DNA from: Peribolospora baueri
Taxonomy: Eukaryota
Length of the DNA stretch: 64,000 nt
Direction of reading: 5' to 3'
Assembly: GCA_029717555.1 (NCBI GenBank)
Contig: JAMDHS010000008.1
Location: 310,001-374,000 of the forward strand
The position numbers and the translations under genes are program-made. Below the pieces are notes generated by a model. That model did no database searches. It had not been told where the DNA came from and saw only the letters and a program-made list of their open reading frames with translations. Positions 12,786-25,725 of this stretch are shown here, piece after piece (within the stretch, counting starts at the first letter, position 1; each line of letters starts with the position of its first letter).

Positions 12786-15654
12786 ATGCCTCTCCACCGC
12801 CGTCACCCCTCCTCCGTCAACAGCCTAACCCACGCTCACACCCACGAATCCTCCTACGCATCCTCCGCAAACCCTCCCGGCGCTATCGCCGCCAGCCCGC
12901 TCTCCCCCACCGCCCCCTTCCACCGCTCCTCCCTTCCATCTTCACCTCTCAAAAACGCGGTGAGCCCGCCCGTCGCGTCGATACGCCTCCTCCTCCACGC
13001 CCCCGCTCATCTCTCCCTTTTCTTTCAGTCTTCCATCATGAGCTACGACCCCATCGTCGGCGGCCACACCCCCCACACCAGCGCCAGCATGGCCGGTAGC
13101 GTCGACAGTCACAACAGTATGACCGGACTCGTTCGCGCCACCGATCCCCCAGGCGCTGATCCTGTAAGCTTGCACTTCCTCTGTGACCAGGAAGGCGTGC
13201 TCAGCCCGCCCCACCTCTTCCACCCCTCCTGCTCACAGAAACCTGGCGCCCACCGACCATACGTGCCCCCAGGCAACCCCGCAGTCGAATACGCTTCCCA
13301 CCTTTCCAACGCCGCCTCCAACTCGCTCGCGCTCAAGTACGCCATGCCCCCCGACCTGTCCATCTGGGGAGCCGATGTCACGACGCCCGAGGACGACGAC
13401 TACATCCACAACCCGGACCCGGCACGAGATCGCTTCAGCGATCACGGTGGTACCATCCTCACCGTGCGCGGCCTTATCAACCTCGGTGCCCTCCTTATCC
13501 TCGCCGGCGGCCTCATCGCCCTCTTCGCCGGCTACCCCATCGCCTCCTACGTCCATCGCACCCAGATCAGCACCTTTGGAGCTTTTAACATCGGCGGCGT
13601 CAACTCCACCGGTCAGATCCCGGAGATCCCTGGAATGAGCTCGCTCGTCGATCCAGGTGAGAATGGCCCCCAGTGCCGCGACCCATGTTCCTTGCGCCCT
13701 CATCACGCTTTTATCCCGTTCCCGATCCCCTCGCCCTCGCCCTCCAGACACGCCCCCGAGCGCATACAGTCGAACAGGATTCGATGGAAAGACAAAGTAC
13801 CAGCTCGTCTTCAGCGACGAATTCAACAAGGACGGCCGCAGTTTCTATCCCGGCGACGACCCCTACTGGGAGGCCGTCGATTTGCACTACTGGTGAGTCT
13901 CATCGGTCGTCTCCAGCCGGACGATAATCGATCCCACGACCGCGCTCAACCTCCCCGCTTTGGCTTCCTCGCCGTGCATATACCCCACCGCGCCTCCTCT
14001 TCCTTTTCTTCCCCCATCAACTCAGGGCGACACAGAACGTCGAGTGGTACGATCCCGCGGCCATCACGACCGCCAACGGCTCCCTGGTCATCACCATGGA
14101 CGAGATGGAGAACCACGATCTCAACTTCCGAGGTGGTATGCTCCAGTCGTGGAACAAGTTCTGCTTCACCGGCGGGTACATCGAAGGTGAGCTTTCCGGC
14201 CGGTTGACCAGTGCGGGCCCCTCACGCGGCGCTGAAATGGATCGAACGTCATCATGATCATCGCAGCGAGCATCATGCTCCCCGGCTCTCCCACCGCCGC
14301 CGGCCTATGGCCCGCCTTCTGGACGATGGGCAATCTAGGCCGCGCTGGATATGGCGCGACCACGGAGGGCATGTGGCCGTACTCGTACGACGCCTGCGAC
14401 GTCGGCACGCTGCCCAACCAGACCTGGCCTAACGGCACGCCCATCGCGACGTCGTGGATCAACAAATGGAAACAGACGCTCTCCTACATGCCCGGACAGC
14501 GTCTCAGCGCATGCACCTGCCCCGGAGAGGACCACCCCGGTCCTCAAAGGAGCGATGGTTCCTGGGTCGGACGCTCCGCGCCCGAGATCGACGTCTTCGA
14601 GGCCACCGTAGGGCAGGATGCCGCAGGCGAGAACGTCGGTCAGGTGTCCCAATCTGGACAGTGGGCTCCGTGAGTGCGCGTGCGCGAGCCGGCCATCGCT
14701 ATACTGCCCTGATCGGCGAAGAGAATGACGGGCTCGACTCACGTCTCTCCGTCGTTCCGTGCGCAGGTTCAACAACCACTATGAGATCCTCAACGTGTCC
14801 GGCGCTTACGATATCTACGACACCGCCCTCACCGCCATCAACACTTACACCGGCTCGGACCTGCAGCAGGCCACGTCGGCGTTGACGAACACGAATTCGC
14901 AAGCGTACCAGATGACCGGCGGCCTGTTCGACACGTACGGTTTCGAGTATGAGCCCGGCTACGATGGCTACATCACCTGGATGTCTGGCGGGAAGCCTTC
15001 TTGGCGCCTCGACGCTCCTGCCATGGGCCCCGATCCTCTGACCGAGATCAGTCGGAGACCGTTCCCGTATGAGCCTTTGGTGCGTCTCCAGAAGATTTGA
15101 ACATGGCTCCGTCGTCGTTGCCTTCTTCGTGCCGTTTCCACCTCTGACCCCGTTCGGCGTCGTCTTTCCAGTACATTATGCTCAACCTGGGCGCGTCGCC
15201 TCAGTTCACGTCGATCGACTGGGCGCACCTCAAGTTCCCTGCGACTATGAAGGTCGACTACGTTCGAGTCTAGTGCGTAAGGGACAGTCGTTTCCGTTCG
15301 ACGCTTCTCTTCGATGACCGTGCTCACCCTTCTTGTTCTTCCTTCCTCGTCCTTTCGCATTCGTAGCCAAGACGTGAATAAAATCAACTACGGCTGCAGC
15401 CCGCCCGAGTATCCTACGGCTGACTACATTAACAAGTATGCCGAGGCGTACAATAATCCCAACTTGACGACTTGGCGCGGAACTCGAGATACGGGTGGCG
15501 TGAGCGTCGAGCATCGTGTCGTCACATCGAGAATCTCGGCTTTGTCGTGACGTGCGTATGAATGGCGGGCTGATCGAAGGTGGCTTTTGTTCTCTTCTTG
15601 GCTACGCAGTACGAGAAGACATTCCCGAAGAGCAACCTCACCACCGGCTGTTAA
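12786..15654 (+). CDS. KRE6: Beta-1,6-glucan synthesis-associated GH16 protein (KRE6/SKN1 family), multi-exon
   Basis: [13 protein letters not shown] helix [104 protein letters not shown]. Confidence 0.95.
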
Positions 15655-16027
15655 GCGGCCCGGCAGCTACTTTTTCCTCTTCAGTCTCGCGACCGCGCAT
15701 ACATACATCCTATAGAAGGCCACATCGGCGGCTTAGCCCTCCCTCCCCCCGACCATGAATCCTTCTCCCGACCCACTTGTGTCAACAATCCCGCTTTACC
15801 GTCTGTCAGCTGTAACTATACCCCGCCTCTGTCCCTTTCGCCTCGTTCCTTTCATAAATCCCGCCTCTCCGTGGACTCTCCTTTTCTCTCCTCGGTCTTC
15901 GCCTCCCATTTGTACCTCACCCCATCCCGTCCCGTCCCGTCCGTCTGACCCGCCGTTGTCGATCGATCTACGTACACCCGCACGCGCTCTCTCGCCTCGT
16001 CCCATCCGTCGCATTCTCCCCCCTTCC

Positions 16028-16028
<1 letters not shown>

Positions 16029-16060
<32 letters not shown>

Positions 16061-16080
16061 CCCCCCCCCCCCCCCCCCCC
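16029..16080 (+). repeat. Poly-C tract, ~52 nt with one T interruption
   Basis: Directly visible in the KRE6 3' region. Confidence 0.9.
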
Positions 16081-16617
16081 GGCTCTGGACTCTTTTCTTT
16101 TTCTCTTTTTTTTTCAAGGTCGACGGCATTCACTTCGTCACGGGTCTTTCGCTCTGGTTTCCTTGCTCGTCTCCCTGCCCCCCGCCTCCATGTCTCGTCC
16201 CTTCTTTCCTCCGTCGCCCAGGCTGGCTGCGTAGATCGGCTCCAGAACGCGGCTGGGCTCCGGTGCCTATCACTCATAATTATCATCCGTTCGTGCCCTT
16301 TTCCCTCCTTATGGACCTTGAGCCTCGTCGCGGGGGCGATTGCTGATCTGATGTGAACGTGTCGGCCGTCTCCTGGCTGGTGCAACGTCGCTGCATCGCA
16401 TCGCGTCGCGTCACATCGCATAGTTTGGTACATGCACACGTACGGTGCAAAGCCAAAGACCCTCGTGGCCCGCGTCGGCGAGGGACAGGATCGAACGAAC
16501 AGAACAGAACAGAACAGGGCAGGATGGACGGGCGGACGCACGCGCTGTAGCAGGGTGTCCTGTCGTCGACATGAACGAAATGGACGAACGGGAAGCCGGC
16601 GCAGACAGACGCACGGT

Positions 16618-18244
16618 TCATCGACGCATGCGCTTCTTGAACCTATCCATGACAAGATCGTCAGTCGCCATCTCCCTCCTTGGCTCGTCCCTCCTTCGAT
16701 GTCCCTGTCCTTGTCCTTGTCCTTGTCCCCATTGTCCCTGCCCTTGCCCTTCCCCTTGTCCCTGTTGTCCTTGTCCTTGTTGTCCTTGTCTTTGGGTTGA
16801 GTCGGGCTCGGACCGTCCCGAGGCTTCGAGACGTGCTTTGCGAAGCGCGTCCGCGTCTGATTGGACCTGGTGGCGTGGACGGAAGACTGAAAAGCGGGGG
16901 AAGGGGTAATGAAAAAAAAAAGTGAGAGGGAGGGACGGAAGGGGGAAGAGGAGGGGGAAGAGGAGGGGGCGGAGGTGGAGGTGGCTCACATCGTTCGGCG
17001 GCAAAGTGCTCCTCCTCCTTTCGATCGGAGCCGCCTCGCTTTGCGCGCTCTTCGTAGAGCTTTCGCTTGGCTTTTTCCGTCTCTTCGATGTTCTTCAATC
17101 GGGAGCTGGGCGGAAAAGAAAGTTGAAGAGAGCGGTGGGTCAGGATCGGGAGAAGCGAGAGGAAGCGTTCAGACGTCGCTCGCAGCGATACCCACTCCAT
17201 GCCAAGATCCACCTCGGGAATCGAGGTCAACATGCCGCTACTCAGCGTCACGTTACCCTCCTCCACCTCCTTCTTCTCCGTCCTGTACTTTTCCGAAATT
17301 CTGTACAACTCGTCTTGTGGATCGAACGGCTTTTCCGGCGCCGCCGCCGCCGACGAACCTTCCTCGCCTTCTTCGCCTTCCTCCTCCTCGTCATCAGACT
17401 TGCCCCCGCCGCCGCCACCGCGTCGCTTGCGGAGCTCTTGCTCGATGTAAGCCATCATGTGTTTGTCCACGTCCAGCGTATTCGTCTGCTGGGTAAAGTT
17501 GTTCGATCGCACCAGACGACGCGCCTTGGCTTCGTCGTCTTCTGCTTCTCTGTAAGGAGCGAGACGGGAGGAAGCGGAGCGAGGGGAACCGCCGTCAGCC
17601 CATCATCATGATTTGATAGTCTGAAACGGAAAACCACGCACTCATCCTCCTCTCCTCTACCACCCAGCTTGGACTTGTCCACCAAGCCGCCCGTCGTTAT
17701 GTTCCACACGTCCCCGCTCTGCCCCTCTCCTTCCTTCTTCTTTTTCTTCTTCTTCTTCGGGTCCCCTTTGTTCAGCCTGCTCAGCTCAATGCCCGCGTGC
17801 GCCTTCTTGAACGCTCGCAGGGCCACCATATCCGCCAACGTACTCCTACGAAAGCGTTAAATCGCAAGGCCGAGGGCGTGCCGCCAGTCAGCGCGTGCGC
17901 AGTCAAGGTGTGCCGGCCCAGGAAGAGGAACCTCACCTGAAACTCTCGTCCTCCTCGTCCTCATCTCCTACCTCCCCTTCTCGCGCAACTGCACCTCCTT
18001 CCAAACACCCATCCTCCTGCGCCGCCGAACTTGCGCCCTCCGTACCGGACACCGCATCCGCCGCGCTCACGCTGCCCTCTCTGTCCGGCGTACCCCCCGC
18101 GGACGTGGACGTGCTCCTCGACTTGATGAGCCTCGACTTGGCCTTGACCGTGCGCTTTTTGAACAGCGGCTGAGACGGAGCCTCTCCGGCGTCCGTTTCC
18201 GGCGTCGCCGCAACTGCCGAGCTGGACGGTTCAGAGTCGGACAT
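16618..18244 (-). CDS. TLS1: Tls1/C9orf78 (HCA59-domain) splicing factor, multi-exon
   Basis: NNFTQQTNTLDVDKHMMAYIEQEL, LSSGMLTSIPEVDLGM/..RLKNIEETEKAKRKL, C-terminal ATDDLVMDRFKKRMRR. Confidence 0.9.
16701..16795 (-). repeat. Coding hexanucleotide-like microsatellite (CAAGGA)n encoding a Gln-Gly tract
   Basis: (ccttgt)n on the + strand, in frame in the last Tls1 exon. Confidence 0.8.
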
Positions 18245-18501
18245 GGTGACGGCACGGATGATGGCGGCTGAGCTCAACAAGACGAGTCTTCGCAGCGTCG
18301 CATGGCCGCGGTATCTGATCGAACCTTGGGCCTTACCCCCGCTTATGGCCCTCCTTCCCCGCTGAGGTGGCTGCGGCGCGCGGGCAGGAAGAGCGAGCGT
18401 AAGCCGAGTCGCATTCGTTGATCGCATCTTCAATCTCAATCCTCCCTCCGCATCACCTCCGTCCGCCCCAGCCTCGCATCCCCTTCCTCTCGTCGAAAGT
18501 C

Positions 18502-19950
18502 ATGTCAGCCGTACTGCCTCGTCTTGTCGGTGAGTGGTGGAGACTGTTTTGCCCATAGGGGGTTACCTTTGCGGAGGGGCGGCGCACGCGCACAAAATGG
18601 CCCTCCCAGCGCTCGGTTGCAGGTGTACGGCAAAACCCGGCTTCGCCCTAGGCACCTTCTCGCGCTAACACGAACACCCTCTCCGTGTTGACCGAACGTG
18701 CCACACGGCCTTTGTCTCGTCGGTATCCCTCAGTGCCGCTTGCCATCGGCGCCGCGGTAGTTCAGGCGAGCTTGTACGACGTTCCCGGCGGATACCGAGC
18801 GGTCAAGTTCGACGTGAGTCTTGTATCTTGGACACCTGACGGCGGGTAGAGCGTAGAGCGGTCCTGACTTGTTTGCGTGTTGCTGTCCCGCTTTCGTACC
18901 CCAGCGTTTGAAGGGTGTCAAGGATGACGTGCGTAACGCCCGCTTCATTCGCCAAGGTCTCGGGCACGTACTGACATCATTCTTCTCCCTACCGGGCTCG
19001 TCCCCAGGTCGCGCGTGAGGGCACGCACTTCCTCGTCCCGTGGCTTCAGCGCGCCATCTTGTACGACGTCCGAGTGAAGCCTAGGGTGCGTGGTTAATGC
19101 ATTCCTCCCGTGTCCATATTCAGTCTCATCCCCTTTTTCGCTTCATTTTCAACGATCAGAATATCTCCACGACTACCGGCTCCAAGGACTTGCAGATGGT
19201 GAGCGGGAGCGGGGAATTATGCGCATTTCTTTTTGCGTGCCCGTCGATTGAACTATGGACCTTGCTTCCCCCGCTCATGTCTTTCAGGTCACCCTCACTC
19301 TACGAGTTCTCTCCCGTCCGGACGTCCGTCACCTTCCCCGCATCTACCAAAGCCTCGGTCTCGACTATGACGAGCGTGTGCTGCCGTCGATCGGAAACGA
19401 AGTACTCAAGGCCACCGTCGCTCAATTCGACGCAGCCGAACTGATCACGCAAAGGGAAGTCGTTTCATCCCGTATCCGGGAGGACTTGTTGCGTCGGGCT
19501 AGGGAGTTTAACATCGTACTGGAGGACGTGTCCATCGTGAGTAGTGCTACTTTACAACGTTCGACGGCGATCTTTGAGCGGTTTGTTTCTGACCTGTTGG
19601 ACCTGTCCACCCCCGGTCTTGTCTTCCTTCAGACCCACATGACCTTCGGGAAAGAGTTCACCCTCGCCGTTGAGCAGAAGCAGATTGCACAGCAAGATGC
19701 CGAGCGAGCCAAGTACGTCGTGGAGAAGGCGGAACAGGAGCGGCAGGCGGCGGTCATCCGCGCCGAGGGCGAGGCGGAGGCGGCGACAACCATCTCTAAG
19801 GCTCTCGAGAAGGCCGGTGACGGCTTGCTCACCATTAGGCGGATCGAGGCGAGCAAAGAGATCGCCGGCACGCTCTCTGCCGCCAGGAACGTCACGTACC
19901 TGCCCAGTGGCCAGGGCGGCATGCTGTTGAACGTCAACGCGAACAAGTGA
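18502..19950 (+). CDS. PHB1: Prohibitin 1, multi-exon
   Basis: [98 protein letters not shown]. Confidence 0.97.
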
Positions 19951-20258
19951 AGGACAGGCCCATCGGTGGCGTCGTCATCGCAGTTCGTTTGAGCCCAGGA
20001 GGCGCTGGCCGACGGTCGTTGATGTAGTCCACGTTCAGCTCCGTGTTCTTCCCATAGTCATGCGACGTCTCTTTCCCACCACTCCACTCTTGCTCGTGGT
20101 CCGACAATTAGTGTAACCATATGCGTGCGTCAAATGAAGCGATGTTAATTCACTGCGAGCTACGTCGCTGCAGTTCTCGACAAAAGCAATACTACTCTCC
20201 AGTTCTCTACGAAAAGCTCGCCTCCAGCGCTCGCTGGCACGTCGCCCGCAGCATCTCC

Positions 20259-23200
20259 TCACTGTCCACCATCGTGAAAGACCTCGCACGTTTGTTGCAA
20301 CGTGACCTTGAGGTCTGTGGGCGTGGACAGCGCGCTCGAGACCACAAAATCGTACTCGGATCGAACGAGGTTCAGGAAAGGTCGGTAGACATCCAAAGTT
20401 TCGTCCTGCGTTCCAATCACCCGTCGAACCATCAATCAGTCAACGATAATAGCCCGTCTGACCCTCGTGTGGCTCCCATTGGCCGACTGTCTCACCTGAA
20501 GAGGCAGTAACATGACAGCGACCGTCTTGTCGTCCGTCAAATAAAGCCTCATACGAGCAAGGCAGTCTCTCAATGTAACGTCGCAGGAATGGCGAAACTC
20601 GTTATAAATCTCCTTCACCTTGTCCGACGTCGCCCACTCTTGCTCGGTGAGGTCTCGTGGGACGCCCGCACCATCTGAGGCGGCTGCACCACTCTTTGCG
20701 GAAGAGGAATATTGCGCAACTTTGTCTAAGAAGAGCAGCAAGGGTCGGGCGATGCGCTTAGCACATTCAGAAATGAGGTCTTCGCAGACGCGTTTCAGTT
20801 CGCGGTCGAGCTCCTGCGACAAAAGAAGAGGGAGGATAAAGGGCAGGTCGGTTGTCCGCGTGAGGGCGTGATGGGGCTCTGGCAGTGGCGGCAGGAAGAC
20901 TTACGAGCTTAGCCGTCGTCGCATGGTCAATCGCTTGAGGTCCACCTTTGGACGCCGCGCCGTAGAGGGTGACTGGGTCTAATAGGGCTGCAGGGTTCCG
21001 GAGCAGGTTATATAGAGCATCGGATATCCAATAGAACAAGCCTGTCACGGAAGGTATGCACAGGGACGGGTCCATTAGCACATAAAACGGCTGCGCTTCA
21101 TTGTTCCCCAGCACGACAGAAAAAATACGGCGCTCACTCTGCTCAGAGTCTCCCGGCAAGCGCCCATCGACCTGCGTCAAGTCGATCGACGCCAGCATCT
21201 CCTTGAGCAAAAGCAGATGACGGATGTGGAAGAGAGCGGCGTCGATCTCGCCATCTCGACGCGTCGCGAGTCTACTTGTCGCTGTCGATAGAGACTGCCT
21301 GCATAGCGTGATGGCCTCTTGCGCCATGTCGATGAATACCGAGTCCTGCATCGGAGGCACATCGGTTAGCGCGCTCAGTGCACCTCCTGGGACTGGTACT
21401 CTCAGAAAAGGACTCACGTTGACGATGGTGTAGAGCTTGGATAAGATCCACAGCGTCTTCCTGACCGAGGGATACCACGTGTCCACGACCTCCTCTGGTG
21501 GCATCCGGAACAGGTGGAGGGCACCATCCGCATCTACCTCTGTTCGACCCAGCAAGTGCGTCTCGCGTTGGTCAGTGGTCGACAAGGCTGGGGTAACGAG
21601 AGAACGGTGGTTAGCCAGCCTGAACCGCTCAAAAAGCCAGTCGGAGCGAGGGCTCACTCTTCAGCTTTCCGGGGTAATCCAAATCTTTGTCCTTGGGTAT
21701 AAAATGTGAGACCTCGCTTTGCATTACGGCCTGCGCACGGAAGGTGAGGCGAGTTTGTGCATCGTGCAGCAATGGTTGGAGTAGCCGCTTGAATTGGAAC
21801 GATTGCAGGCCTTGGTGTTGTTGTGGGGACATTGCTCGAGATTCGACGGCCTCCGGTTCATCTTTCGTCCCGTCCCCCTCTTCCCCCTCAACTTCTGTCG
21901 TATCCTTCTGCCCGGCTGGCACCGTCGATTTCTCATCCTCCTCCTGCTCCTCCTCTTCCCCCAAGGTAGGGACCATGAAGGCTTGCATGATGGTGCAAGC
22001 TTCACATAATGCTTCGAGCTTCTCTTCGCGGAGCAATCGCGGTCGAAGCGAATCGTAAAGGTAGCTGCACAAGCCTTCAAGGTGGCGGCTGTGAATCGCA
22101 AGAGGTGATGATGAAACGGACGTCAAGCCAAAATTTACAAGGAGGCTGGTTCAGACTCAAACTTACTAAGCTGCATCCTCATCGGTCGAGAAGAATTGTC
22201 GATACAGGTCGTACTCGTCTGCGCAGAGTTGCTTTAGGTAGCCGCATCCATCTTGCGTCTGATGTAGAGATGCATGGCTAAGTTTTCGACTAGTGCCTCT
22301 GAAAAACGGTAGGAAGACGGTTAAGCTCCCCAGTACTCACGAGTCTAACCAAGTCGGCCCCAAACGGATCCAGTCGCTTCACGTCCTCAGTCACTCCAGC
22401 GATGAGCAAACCATGTCGTACGCCAAACCAAGCGCTGTGACACTCGGCCAGAAGTGAGCCATACTCGTCCGGGATAGCCACAGCGCGCTTCTCCAGCTCA
22501 AAGATGAGTCCCCGTAGAGTAGGCGCTTGAGAAGAGAACTTGGAGTAGAGCAGAAGACGCGTCGTCGGGGAATGATCCTAGGCAAAAAATTAGAGGACGG
22601 ATATTGTATCAGCTGGGGCCCTGTGCGTACTCGAAGCCGTCTAGACTGACGTGTCCGTGCTCACCTTGCTGACAAGCAACTTTTTCTGCACGTCTGAGCC
22701 GAGGGACCTCATTACACTGACGAAATACATCTTGATGAGCGTCATGGAGCGAGTCATACATTGCTGAAAGCGGATGAGGTAGATCTCGGCGTCCTTGTAC
22801 TCTCGCTGGAAAAGACCCAGAAGGAAATCTACGTCAGCCTTTGGAACGGAAAGACTAACCTCTCGGATATCTCACTCACATGCGCCCTCAAGAACTCTAA
22901 GCATACGTCCAGCCGCTCGAGCATCGTTAGGAAGTCATCTTGGAGCACGAGCGACTCGCCAGGCAGATTGAGCATACGCGTGGCCGACTCGAGTTCGGCA
23001 AAGTACTGCAGGCGGGCGTCGATCGCATCGGTGAGCTGGAGGAGCTCATTCTGTTGATACGGCAAGGAGAAGGGGGAAAGTGATCGAGGGAAAGACGAAT
23101 GCAGCTCAGCCGACCGGTCTCTGCGCAAACGCCGGAGACGTACCGCGGACATATGGCGAGCTCACCTGCTCATCCAACAAGTTCTCGCACGCATCCTGTA

Positions 23201-23808
23201 AGGCTTTACTCCTCTCTTTCACAAACGTCCACCCCCGCTGAATCTCGTCCACCAACGCGGCCGCACCTCTGAGCTCCTCCAACAGCTCGTCGCAGGCCTG
23301 GCGGTAAGCGCTGATCTCGGCGAGCTTCCTCCTGTAGATGTCCTCCTGTTCGTGCTCCATCAGCGCTCCAACACGAGAGAACCAGTCGAGAAAGCTTTGA
23401 GGAGTTGTGATCGGTGCGGACAGGGACATGATATCGGGGACGGGCGCTGAAGGACAAGGGGAAGCGCCAGGGGGCGGCGAGCTCGCCAGTCGCGCTTCCG
23501 GAAGCACATTGGCAAGCGGTTGGGTCGCTTCTTCCAGTGCCGCTTGCCTTGCATCGAAGAGCTGGAGAGGGGAGACGTGGTTGGCATCAGCGAGTGCGCT
23601 TTGTCCCTGGGAGTATTAGCCTTGTCGTTCCGCTCACCTCGCTCGCGCTGGCTCGTTGCCGTCTTTCGATCGCCTCCTGCAGTCGGCTTACGCTCAACTT
23701 CTCAGCGGCGCTGAGAGGTGCCTTGGTCTCTGCCCAATCTTCCAAGTTCAGGCGTCCGGATGTCGAAGCTGACGCGGCTTTCCGGGTGGGCACGGACGTC
23801 GTAGCCAT
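20259..23808 (-). CDS. COG3: Conserved oligomeric Golgi complex subunit 3 (Sec34), multi-exon
   Basis: ITTPQSFLDWF, RLQYFAELESATRMLNLPG, LCSYLYDSLRPRL, LQPLLHDAQTRLTFRAQ, WYPSVRKTLWILSKLY, LFHIRHLLLLKE. Confidence 0.92.
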
Positions 23809-23976
23809 TGCTGGCGGAATGCCCACCGAGGTGTTGGTGTTCGGGGACAAGGATGATCGGACGCGGTGAGAAATCGAGTCTGGTCTCACTGCAGAATGTA
23901 CTCTCTCTTTGTCTGCTTCTACCACTCCCTGATTGAATCTCTTTCCCACTCATTCCGGTTTCTTATGTACATCATC

Positions 23977-25142
23977 TCACAAGGCCTTGCTCAGGATCTC
24001 GTAGTCATAATCATCCTCCTCTCCCTCTCCCTTCCCTACTGCGAGGACCTGGCTTGGCGAGATTTCGTCCGGGGTATACCTTCCCAAGTTGCAAGGCAGC
24101 TGTCCGTTAGCGGTGTATTCCAGGCCGGTGTGTACACTACCATGCGCAGTTCTTTGCTCACCCTATCCGCGAGTAGAACTTGATTGCTAGCACATTGGCT
24201 GGTAAATGAAAAAGCATGAGCACTTCAGTAAGTAAGCGAGAAGCAGACACGGGGGGTCGCGAGAGTGTAGCGCCCCCAAGCCCAGTCTGCGAGGTTCTCA
24301 CCCCTGAAGACGGTCAGCATGATCTTCTTCATTCTTGTCGACCTGGCAATCTCCTCGAGGCACTTCATCAGAGCCGATCCGTAGCCTTGGCCCCGGATAG
24401 ACTGGGATATCTGAAGCTCGTAGCTGACAAGCAGAGCATACCGCTATGAGTCCAAGTACACGAGAGTGTTGGTTTGCACAAGGATGAACCTGCCTCACCA
24501 GTACGCCACTTCGATGGCCTCGTCGCCCATGGTCTCTTCCCAGTCGAATCTCCACATGACGAAGCCCAAGACGGGATATCGCGCCTGGACGTACGCCGCA
24601 CTGCGCTCGCCCCGATCTCGGAGGATGAGAAAGCGCGAAGCCGGGTGGAAGAGCTCGGCGCGTTTCTTCGACGAGTCCCACCCCTCCTCCGAAGATTCAT
24701 ATCTGAAGTGGAAGAGGGAGCAGGTAGCAATGGGTGAGGAGCGAGTTGAACGCGCCGAGAGCGACTCTTCCGACACCGCTTTCCTCACATGCTCTTCATG
24801 TTGCGCTCCAATAGCGAGAATATCTCCTCCCTCTGCTTCGAGCCGATCCAGTCTGCTCTCTGGACTGATACGTCGCGCCTGCATGAAAGGGATGAAAGGG
24901 GCCTCCATTGGAAACTGTCCGTGTGCCGGCCATCGAGCTCGTCCACGGGCAGGAGCCAGCTCACTCTTCGGCCCGCAAAGCCTTCAGAGCGTAGCATGCG
25001 TCCAGCGGCCATGCGAGCTGTTCGTTCCAAAGCTGGAGGGAAGAAGCGGAGTGTTCAGCCTTAGTAATCCAACATGTTGTTGTAAGACTGCGATGGCGAG
25101 GCCAGCAAGCACCTTTTTTGCCGCCGTGACAGCGTCAGGCAT
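23977..25142 (-). CDS. NAT4: N-alpha-acetyltransferase 40 (NatD, GNAT), multi-exon
   Basis: IFSLLERNMKSM/YESSEEGWDSSKKRAELF, GFVMWRFD, VAYC/YELQI...RGQGYGSALM, MKKIMLTVF, DEISPS...YEILSKAL. Confidence 0.88.
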
Positions 25143-25725
25143 GGTGGTAGCTTGCTGAAGGACGCTCACCACGCGTTCCGCCTTTTTTATGGTCGTCACA
25201 ACCCGCCGTCAAACAGGAGAAAGGGTTCGTCGTCTCCTACAAGCGCAGGCGCTGGTCGGCGCTTTTCTGTGCAGTCGAGCACGACCGTATCGTGCGAAGA
25301 AGATCCACCATCGTGAAGACCTCCGCTGCGATCAAAGGCGCTCCTACTCGTCGTCTATTGTCTTCTCATCTCCATCTCCGACACCGCCTTTCTCCACTGT
25401 TGGTGTTTTTCGAAAGCACAGACAGGTCATATATTTCGGAAAACATTCCATCACTCAGCGGTGCGGTGTGTCGTGATCAGTACGAGTGCACTGGGCCATG
25501 TGGTTCGTGCAGAAAGCGCCCGGCCCATGTCTCGGAATGACAGAACACGGACTTCTACATTCGTGAAACCTCTCCTATCCCTTTGCCCTGCAACATCAAG
25601 TCAGATGTGAGCCTAGAAGGACTCTGACCACGACATTAAAGCGGCAGCAGCTTGCTTAACCTGCCCCCTTCGTTTGTTCCACTCAACCTCTACCTCGTTG
25701 CGAGGATTCAAGGAGGGCTTCAAAA

